The translations under genes were made by a program, and so were the position numbers. 64,000 nucleotides of DNA, taken from assembly GCF_009914755.1 (NCBI RefSeq), contig NC_060931.1, one strand, 5' to 3'. Under the pieces are notes generated by a model. The model saw nothing but the letters and a program-made list of their open reading frames with translations, was not told the origin of the DNA and did not search any database. This document shows positions 53,601 to 64,000 of the stretch, in pieces (position 1 is the first letter of the stretch; each line of letters opens with the position of its first letter). The DNA is from the human T2T-CHM13v2.0 reference genome, Homo sapiens.

Positions 53601-56600
53601 GGTGATAGACCTAAAGAACAACAATTTTTAAAGCCATTTTGGATTGGATTTTCTATCATTTGCAGCTGCAAGCATCCTAACTAATACTATGTATTAAAAA
53701 TAAGTGGAAATGATTTATTTAACATGGCATGAACATCCCTCATTTTAAGATGATATTAAAGAATTAAATTTTTGTTTTTATATAGAAATTCTGAATTAAG
53801 TCAGAAGGTGAATGTTTGCCATACACACAAATTATTAAAGTAATTTCTCACAGGTTTCCTAAATACCAACTTCTCAGTCAGTGAATATAAAATGTGACTC
53901 GATTTATTAAAATTAAAATGATATACAGCTTTTCAACAACATTTCATTCAGATATATTTCTACATAAGTTGCAGAATTATAAAACACACATACTAGAGAT
54001 TGTCCCTAACTTTATCAAAATAATTCTCCTTTGGGTTCCTTTAACAACATGCCCTCTAGTCTACCAAAATATTATTTTACAGATGGTGGGGGTGTGCTAC
54101 TTGCAACCCAGACAGACAATAATTCAGCTAAGCATTTTTCTTTGCAGTAAGTGAAAATCTGTTCAAAGTGCTGGAAGTTTTATCAACTGGACCATAAGAC
54201 CCAAGAGGAACTAAGTGTTTCTGTTACGCTTTCTGTGTTTAATAATTCCCAGCCTTGTTAGTAGACACTCAAACACTGCATCCTAGCTGTGGAATCTTGG
54301 GTAGGTAACATAGTCTCTGAGAAATTTTGATAAATGCTAATTTTCCGTGTTTTTAGATTTTGGTGGTGAGACTGGTGGTTGCTACCTCTATGCCTGTCTT
54401 TCACAAAGGTCACTCAAATTGCTCTGGTTTCTTTTTATGTTACCAAAATGCTCTATAGCTAAACTATTGAGCTTAAATGTCAAACTTGCATTATGTTTAG
54501 AAATGGGTACTTATCTCTTTATGCACCTTTCCCTTACACCCCAACGGTGGGCCGACACAGAATATGGTAGAGGAGTTAGTATTCTGACAAATAGGTGATG
54601 TCATTCCACCCATGTATCACTTTCCATTAAATCTTCGACCCGTATATAACCTTTAGCTGCAGGTTTGTTTGCTTACATCACTGTGATCAAATGGTTAGAA
54701 CTATAGATTTTCATTTGGGAAAATGATGATTATTTTTTATTAAGGACATTATTGCTGGTTTGAATTATCCTTTTGTTCATGGTTCATGCACAACAAAGCT
54801 TTCCCTAGCCCTTCTGTGGGAGGTGGAAAGATGCTCTACACCTGCCTCCTACCCAGATCTTTTTCAGAAAGAAAATAGACAGTGCTAGCTAAGCCGTTGG
54901 ATGGGAGCAATATTCAGTTCTTTGCCAAGAGAGATCCTAGACTCCAGATACGCCAATTCAGCAAACCTCAGGGAGACTATCTAAAACTGAAAAAGGGCTC
55001 AAGAATCCATCAGAATATGAGATAATTTAAATAAAATTTGAATCCTACTCGCCAACAGAGAACCAGAGGACATTAGAGAAGGAAGGAAACTTGGAGGTCA
55101 TCGTGTCCGATATTTTGCTGAGCGTCACCTCTCTGGCTGATGTAAAATGAGGACAGGGAGTACATAGAAACATTTCGGTTTTTCTGATTCAGTAGTACTC
55201 TTGAAGGCCGTTATTGGTGGTGCAAAATGAGGCTTTCTCATTGACTCTAAATAGGCTTATTAGCAGCACACAGAAGGATTTCCACTGTGACCTTTTCTTT
55301 GTCCCTAGTCAGAGTGAAGGCATAGGTCTGAAGCAGGCTGATAGCTTTGGAAGTGAAAAGTACTGGCAGGCTGAGGGCACAGAACGGGCTGGCTGCCAGT
55401 GTTGGGTTCAGCACCCTGAGGAGTGTCATTTGTCGGAGCCACTTTTATGAAACAGAAGCCCTCTTTTGTGTATTTGTACCTGTGAAAGGGAGCAGTGGTA
55501 TAGCTGATCCAAAGTAGCAGAAAAACAAACAATTCATATTGACTTAGGATGCTCACCTACCCCCTCTTTTGCAGGAGTGTTAGTTTGCGTGTCAGTACAT
55601 GGCCAGCCTCCTTGGATTCTGGCATGATGCTTTCCATAGGGGTTTCATTAATTGGTGCAAAAGTTTATTTCAGTAGAGTCCAGGAAACTGTTAGCTTTTT
55701 GTTCTCTGCCTAATGACAGAAAATGTCCCTGTGACTGATTTCTTTGTGGGACCAGTCTGCATCATTCCTAAGACTGACACAAAGCCCCGCTCGAGCGTGT
55801 GGGATGAACGGCATGACTCACACATTCCCCTGGAGGACTGCAGGTTTGATTAAATGTTTAAATGACATTTTAGGACAGATGATTATGAGGATGGGCAAAC
55901 AATTTGTTCTTTTAATTCTTAATAACTTCAGTGTGTATTTGGGCGGGGAGGTATATGTAGACAGTTTGGAGGAGTGTGAACAAGAGACTTGGGTAATCAC
56001 TGGAGATAAGGGTGATGATGATGATAATTTGATATAAATAAGCAGAGAGTAAGATTTGTCAAAAAGGGGCAAACTCATTGCTGTTCTCACTATCTCCCTT
56101 CTTTCACTTCAAACACAGACACTCACAGCATTGTTTCTGATAACTTCCTAATCACACAGGAGCTCCAGGATTTCTGAAGGACCACAGCCCTGTGGCCAAA
56201 AATCTTTTTTCCTTGACTGTTCTCTGGGCAGCTCAGTAGTATCTTTAACATGGCAAATATAAAGATAGTAGATTCACTACAAGGACACTTCGAGAAAAAT
56301 ACTACCTGCCTTTGTAAACCATACACAGTCTTATTATTCAATTTGTCTTTATGGAAGCTATCAGTTAGCTACAGGTTTCCTTTCCTATGTCTGATGTACC
56401 TATCTCTAGTTGATTCTTTCTCTCTAACTCTAGTTCTTGAAACACTCTCTGCTGGTTTGATTTTCGGGTGCATTCATCCTCTTTTCAGATTCCAGAATGA
56501 AAACTTCCTTTTTGAGACACCCAGATAGACTACCTCTTCCTTAGTCCACCTGGCCCTTATCCACATCCCTTGAATGAGTTTTCTTTGTCTGGACACATTT

Positions 56601-59600
56601 CTGAAGTAATGCTTCTCTGCACTCCCAAAATATAGCTCTTCCTTCTTTCGGCCTTTTGCTGTGTTTTATTACATTATTTCATTGCCACTCAGAATAAGCA
56701 CTAGACAGACGTCTAAGGTTTAACTTTACATTTTATATATTTTATTATATCAAAAACTGGTCACATATAAACTATAGTACTTGGGAATTGAGGGTATTTC
56801 TTGAGTATTACAAGAAAGTATTACTTTCTTGAGAAGATATTACTCAAAAATATATACATTTTGGATAAAGAAATTTTGATAGTATAAGATGAATTAGCAA
56901 TGATGCTTTTCAGAAAACACGTATGCAGTAACTTCATTTATATGACCATGTTATTAATCGGTAGACATTAATGGATTTATGTAGCCTGTTCAGAAATTAA
57001 TGAAGCCTGTTTATTCTGTGGATTTTGTTATTAGCTCCTTCCCTCTTCTTTTGTCTTCTTGGCATCACTGTTGACATCACTGATGGGAATCCCACTACTG
57101 CAGCCATTGCAAGTGTTTTTGGTGATTATTATCCACTTAGGCACCTTTGTGCACTGGATCTCTGATCAAATTATTTTGAAATTTTAATATGAAATACATA
57201 GGAGAAAAAATTGAAAATGTGTAGAAGTAGGCAAGCTTTTCTTTGTTAAAAAAGCGTAATTTAATAGAGTAAGAGGTGTGAAATATGTCAGGAATTTTAC
57301 TAACATAAAATTTCATCATTTGTCCAGTTGTGTACTTAATGGATTCATGTTAAGTATACAGTAATTCCTGGCAATAATGTGGGGCAGCTCAGATTTACTT
57401 TTCAGTGCATGTTAGTATGTAAAGTGACCCCTATCTTCAATATCTCTATGTTTTAACACCTGCTTTGTTTTTACAATAGAGGCCCTTGTTTGGAACAAAG
57501 CCACTTAAGTTAAGCTGAACATCATTGTACCTGCACAGTTACCTGGGTTATCTGTGGTTGTGATGAAAATTACACCACCATAATCACCCCAGGCTACTTA
57601 CAAGCCACCTTCACAGAAATGATACTGTGCCAAGTGCCACAAAGAATATCAAAATGCAGCCCCTGCTTCAGGCACTTATGTTTCCAAGGGGAAAAAGAAA
57701 CTGGCCTTTGGATTTAGATAAGAAACTTTATTGTGATTACAAATTGGATTTCCTGTCTTTATTTCAGGAAAGTTGTAGAAGATAGCTAGAATTGCCCTTT
57801 CTCTCACCCCCGGAGGGTTTGAAACCATTCTTGAATGAGTAAATGTATTCAAAAATTTAAAATTAAATCAGATTTGTTATATGGAATCATTTAAACCTAA
57901 TTTCTTAATTAAAGGCATTTTAAGTTCACTTTCTGTTCCTTAGGTGTAAACACCTCAAGCTACAAAAAACAAGAATAGATTCCACTGCTGGGGTGAAAAG
58001 CCACGACTTTTCTTCCTGTGTTCTGTTTCCCAGGCCTATCAAAGATATTTAAGTACTGAGTTAGGTCTGGCCAGGGAACTCCCCTGACTTCTTTAGGGGC
58101 ACAGATGATAGGGAAGAAAAGAGTAGACTGTGGGGTTAGTCTTGGATTGATTTCTATACTCCCCTTTGATGTTGATAGCTGCTTCCTGTTAGGAACTTCT
58201 GTTGGAAGCATACTTCTTACCTGAAGAAAGTTCTGAGTTGAGACAGTTCTACCTTGACTTATTTACCAAGGCTCCTAAACCATATAGCACATCACTATGA
58301 ATACATTCAGGGTGGGGGCAATGGATCCTACCCAGATCCCTGTAAAGCCAGCGTGGTTCTGCAACCATCATTCACGGATAAGGACCAAGACTGAGCTGCT
58401 CTGGTTGAAGAAGCTGTTGGATGATACGGGGTTTGTGCCACAGTGTGGTGAATTCATTTTCCATGATATGCTGGGCTCACTCTCAGCAAGGCCAGCTGAA
58501 AGCTGAGTCTGCTTTGGATGCAGAGGTACGTAGTCAGTGGCTGTGCACAGGACGGGACTTTGGGATGTACAGGAGGATATATTATCCTTACAAATACTTC
58601 CTTCACCTGTTTGCCGATGAGCAAGACTCCAGGAATAGGATACAAGGCCCCTAACTTGTCTTAACTCTCTGATTAGGTCAGATCTCCCTACTGTATGCCC
58701 ATAGTGCACCATACTCATTTTAGCTTTTATTACAGTTACAGTTGTACATTTATTTGTGGGGTTGTTTGATGGATATTTATCTCTTATTAAATTGTAAGCT
58801 CCATGAAGATAAGGAGCATATCTTTTTGCTTATCTTTGTGGCCACTGCGCCTGTCACATAGAAGGCACTGGATAATCCTTTGTTAAATGAATAACTAGAC
58901 CTAAAAAATACTTCAAGGTAGGTGATGCAGTCATTAAGTTCACACTACAATGAAAGACAGTTCTTCCCAACAGGACATTATATGTTTTTTCTACTGTCAT
59001 TTCTATTTGCTAAATTGACTTTGAGTTTGAGAAATTGGGCTATGACGCAATATGTGCATAAAATGTTCAACAAATACTGTGTTCCATTTTTTTAAAGCAA
59101 GGATAAGGATGAAAAAAATAAAACGATGAAAGAGTTTATTTAAGCTACTGATATCCAGTTGTTGGTTGAAAAAATATGTGGCTGTTTGCATTTTGTTTAG
59201 CCACAGAACTCCCATATAAACATTTCTATCTTTGACAAAGGTTTACGCAATTGATCTGGCTGCTCATTTTTCCCCCTTGATTTCCTTTTTTTAATTCATA
59301 GGTGAATGACATTTAGTTCTTGGTTGTGGAAAATGCTCTTAATGCCTCCATCTTTTAAGGAGATGTTCCTATAGCTCAGTTACTTTGAATATAGTTTTTT
59401 GTTTTGTTTTTAATTTATGACATCAGCAAGTGATTTACACCATAGTGTTAACCAGTGCTCCTGAGGATGCTGATTTTAGCAGAATCCTAGGGAACTAACA
59501 GAAAAAAATCACAGCTAATTTTAGTATTTGTAGGGCCTTGTGACAGATATATCTGAATACTATTATTCACCCTTAATAACTTCTTGCTAAGTTATCTGTA

Positions 59601-62600
59601 TTGTCTCCTGTCTAATTTTATTTCTTTCCTGAATACACATATTTTATACATCTGATATTTCAGAAAATGTGCTTTAAAAATGTCTATTTTTCCATTTCTC
59701 CATTGATTATCAGTTTATCTAATCTGTGTATCATCCATCTCTAAACCTAATTTTTGAATACATATACAACCAATACACGTGGGATATACCAACAATATAA
59801 TTGCATGATAGTCTTAGTTAAAAAGTTTAGTCTGTCTCTGTGAATTTGATTGTTCTGCTTTGCATGATTCTGGCTGAGTCCTTTCATCTGGTGCTGGTTT
59901 TTGAATACATATTAGGCTGCTTCCAATCCATCTGAAATGCAGTCTCATGAGAACATAGGTCTACAATCTAAAAAAATATACTTTGATTATTCTTGATACA
60001 TATAACAATAGCTATTTTTATAGAGTTAGAAGGAATATTAGAGATTATTTATCTTATATCCCTTTTTTACAGATTGAAAAGCTGGAATCAATTGGAGTAA
60101 GTAACTTACAAAAGGGACAAAGAAAAGAACCAGGATGAGAAATTCCATATGTCTTCTTATCATACAATTCAATCCTGTGAATTGTTGATTATTTGCTTTA
60201 CTACTCTAAATGACTTATGCATGTCGTTTTATTTGTCTTTCTACCATCAAAATAGAAGAAGGCCTATTTCTTCTTCTTCTACCAGTTGCAGAGTTAAAAT
60301 GAGGCTGAACATTCTCTTGTAAATTCAGGGTGTTTACCTAGCCCAGGAAAATCAGTCCTAAGCAGACAAAGGAGACTTGGAATGATTTATCTAAACACCT
60401 AAATTAGTTACATCATTATTTATCTGCGAAGCTTCTTGAGTTTTGTTATCATACTCTGGATGGAGGCCAATCAGAAATGACCCTTAAGATCTGACTCTGT
60501 CTAGCCAGTCTCCCCTTGACCAAGGAGAACATCTGGGCATGAACTGTAGTTTTCATTGTCCTCTGACCAACTCAGATTAGAAACAGCTACCTGAGGCCAG
60601 CCTTTAGTTCTATTTTGATCAAACTGTCTTATAGACACAGCCTTCAGCCTTCCCCATGACCTTTGAAAACTGCCCCAGGGTAAAGGCGAATTACAAATAC
60701 TATTAAGGTTGATGAGTAATCAACTCAGTAATGAGGATACTATTTCACATTCTTAGGGGTAGATGCTTTTTCTCTGTGGGATGCCTGAGTAGGAAATTTT
60801 GATGGCTCCAAATGTGGCCACAACAAACATCAGGAGGCTCTCCTATTGTAGAGATTTCCCTGAAACTGAACTCTGGAGGATGAAACATTTGGTGTAGATA
60901 CTTGACCTTCTGAAAATAAAGCTTTATGTATGTGTGTATCTATCTATTATTCTCATAGCAGCAATTAGTCTGAAATCTAATGCCTTGTCAGTGAACATAA
61001 CAATTTTTGTAAATGTTCTCCTCTTAGCTTTTAAGGTTTTTTTAGCGATGAGTCAAATTTTACTCAGATTTTTATAGGTTATCCCTAGTATTCTTGTTTC
61101 TTGTTATTGAAGATATTCAAATGTTAATATATGGTAATAAGAAGTAGCTCAAAAAGAGCAGAATGACCTCTTCCTTACCCCCTTAGTGATACAGACAAAT
61201 AGAGTATTTGTTCATGTTATATTTTGGCTTTTATTTTTAAATCAAGGAGGTTGAATTAGAGACAGAGCAAAATAAGCAAAAACCTGAAGCTATAAATTTC
61301 TAGGTCAATCCAAATACATAAAGCATTAAAAAATGTCAGATGCGAAGCTAGATGCAAACTGACAGGGAAAAAAAAAAACCTCTTTGTGTACTTAAAGCCC
61401 CAAACCAAAAGCAAAATTAAAATTTGTGCTGACCCTTCTCCCTTGGGGCTGCAGATGTCACTGCTGTCCAGGGCGCCGTCTGTTACTGAGTGGAAGGAAG
61501 AGGAATGGCATCCAAGTCACTAGTGTAAAATAAATCATCTGCCTGCCAAATCCTGAAGATGTCCTGCCATATTTGTTAAGGCCAGGGGATGGAGGGTAGA
61601 GGTGAGCAACAAAGGTGACCATTAACACTCATTGATTCTTGTCTTTTATGACTCATTCTTTTATTATTACATGTTTTGTAAGAGGTTTTATACTTATACA
61701 TATATAATTTTTATTTAGTCAGTCACAGCAGTAGTTACAATTTATTTAGCACTTATGGGACAAGATATTTTATACACATTTTTTCACTGGATGTCCAGGA
61801 CTATTATACAAACTGAGTATTACTCTTATATTAAAGGTAAGGAAATAGCTTCTAACTAAGCAAAGTTGCTCAAAGTGGCACATAGAGTGAGGTCTGCGGC
61901 TGTTCTCTTACTCCAAATGTGGGGTATCTCAGAAATTGCCATCCTCCAGAAGGCTACAGTCTAGCTCAGACTGTGCAAATTGTTCTCCATTTGCCATGCC
62001 CCCATGCACTCAACACTATTCCATGTCTTCCGTGTGCTCTGGGAAGCTGACCCTTGTCATTTGCATGACTGGGACTCTCTGCTCTCTGTGTTTGTCTTGG
62101 GTGGGGCCTATGGAAGGCTTTAGCAGGATATTGGAGGGCAGGAAGAGAAAGAAGTCAGGGTATTTCTTCTTCATGTCCTACTTCGGCCCTGTGCGCTGGC
62201 CGTGATCATGTCCTTTCAGGATATAACTCCCTTCGCCCTGTTCTCCTCTGTACCTCTTCTGATGCAGGGCTCCTAAGGAAACACTGCTCCTTTTCCTTGA
62301 CTGTTTATCCCTAGGGGTAGTATTATATTCTCACCATTGCTATCCTTTGGGTGCCCTGCCACCTTGTTTGCTCCTTAAGTCTGTCTACAATTAATGCAAA
62401 TAACTCCTTTATTAAAATCTCTTTATTTGAACACTCTGGGATGAATTCTGTTTTTTTCTGGGACCCTGACTAATACAGAGGCTGATACTACACCCATATG
62501 AAAATACATCAAAGATAATTTGCAAAGCATGTTTGAAAGCTCTACGTTAGGATCACTAGCACTGGCATGCCAAAAGGCACAGAAAAGAAAATACAGGGCA

Positions 62601-64000
62601 TAGCAAAATATTGTTTCTTCTTAATAGAGAAACTGCCTCAGGGAGAGACTAGGCTGGTGAGAAGGGGGAAAGACTTTAAGAGTCTTATAGACCAGGCATT
62701 AGAGAATTGTGATAGGTTTTTGAGCCTGTGATAAAAGCTGTGTTTGGGGAAGATTTTTCTAGCAACCATTTGTAGGAGCAGTGGAATTAGGAAAAAAGGG
62801 TGACAGTAAGGAGAACAGTTAAAAGGCTTTTAAAATAAGCCAGTGTAAAGTGATTGGAGGCAGGTTCACAAAGTGGCAACAAGTATGAAAAATAAGGAAT
62901 GAAATAAATAGTGAAAGAAACATTATTACTATTGGAATTTGCATTCTTGCTCATGTGATGCATTTGCTTCAAATTGGTGTAAGCTCTTCACATGCAGAGG
63001 GCTCATGTGCCTTGATGTAACATTAGATCAAGTGGCAGAAGCTAAATTTGGAATTAAGGCAATATTTGGTTGTAGAGAACATCATTCTCGTTTCTAGCTC
63101 TTGGACTTTATGTGGAAGCACTTTAAGTCCTAAGAGGCTAATTTTAGTTCAATCTATTTAGTTAACAATATTTCAGATCCTTAATTTTTAGTTTCCAGAT
63201 GATCAGACTCCTCAGCTTGAAATGCAAGGGCATTATAGACTTCAAGCAAATTGCATGTGCATTAAGACTATCGAACTTGGGATGAGTAATCCTATAAAAG
63301 CAAAATCATTGCTGAAGCATTTTTGTAATCATGTATTCCTCCTGCATGTTCATTTGAAAATGTTCTCTTTTGGTGTGGAGGCAAATGAGCTGATTATATT
63401 GAGCTCCGTCCACCAATTTATTTATTTATCTAATAAACATTTTAATGAAGGGGTATCAGGCACGTTTATGTTTTACCCAAGAGACTTATTTAACAGTCAT
63501 TCAATCATTTGGTCATTAATAGTGAAAAGGTCACAGGCTTTGGCATGAGGCAGGCCTGGGTTTGAAACAGATCTTCGCCATTTCCTAGAAGGGTTGTCTT
63601 AAGGCAAATTATTTTTTTAGACATGTTTTCAGTTTTTCTGTTAAAGGAAAAATTGTTTGTAAAGACTGCATTGTGACTGAGAAAGGGCACGCAAACTAGA
63701 TGAGTTTAATCCTATCTCTCACTCCTGACTAACCTTATATGTATACACAAATACAAAATGCTCCAAGTTGGATGTGAAACAAATGGTGGTATAATACTCG
63801 CCCTTAAATATAATTGCAGATAGCCACAAAATATAAAACCATTTACGGATGTGAGAAAATTAGTATAATAAAGAAGAAAATACAGAATAACTTTTTCTTC
63901 TGTTATTTAACTGGTGTAAAATTAATTCCTTGACTCTCATATTTGTCAACAAATATGATAATGTATGTGGTGATGTACTGTTTTGCCTTGAGAAGGAAAA

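Noticed and set aside
54540-54612. Possible structured ncRNA (cagaata...tattctg stem)
   Set aside because: Short stem only; no H/ACA, C/D or tRNA features recognisable.

Overview
Primate (human-like) genomic DNA with no intact protein-coding gene. The window is a mosaic of segmental duplications. (1) ~1-9.7 kb is a copy of the CCT6A-SUMF2-NUPR2 neighbourhood: the last three CCT6A exons plus 3' UTR (disabled), the SUMF2 CpG-island promoter with exons 1-2 only, then an abrupt jump to a disabled minus-strand NUPR2 copy with its promoter. (2) ~11-28.4 kb is an unprocessed GTF2I (TFII-I) pseudogene fragment with six recognisable exons and one expected exon missing. It carries an antisense polyadenylated retro-insert, a truncated MER41 LTR and an internally deleted L1PA with an apparent ~500 bp 3' transduction. 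(3) ~34.7-51.5 kb is an AT-rich, Alu-poor block (THE1/MLT1 LTRs, old L1, 620 bp purine tract) ending in a GC-rich GCTTTTTGC-type tandem repeat. (4) ~51.5-64 kb is AT-rich, Alu-free sequence with old L2/MIR/MER repeats and no gene I can identify. The order fits the 7q11.21 CCT6P/GTF2IP cluster; CCT6P3/GTF2IP14 is my best guess from memory and is unverified. All parent-gene comparisons are from remembered protein sequences, not from alignments. Most ORFs in the supplied track are Alu or low-complexity artefacts. I see no evidence for a new multi-gene system. The best leads are a re-initiated open SUMF2-derived frame that could splice in frame to GTF2I exons, and several readable rearrangement or retrotransposition scars.
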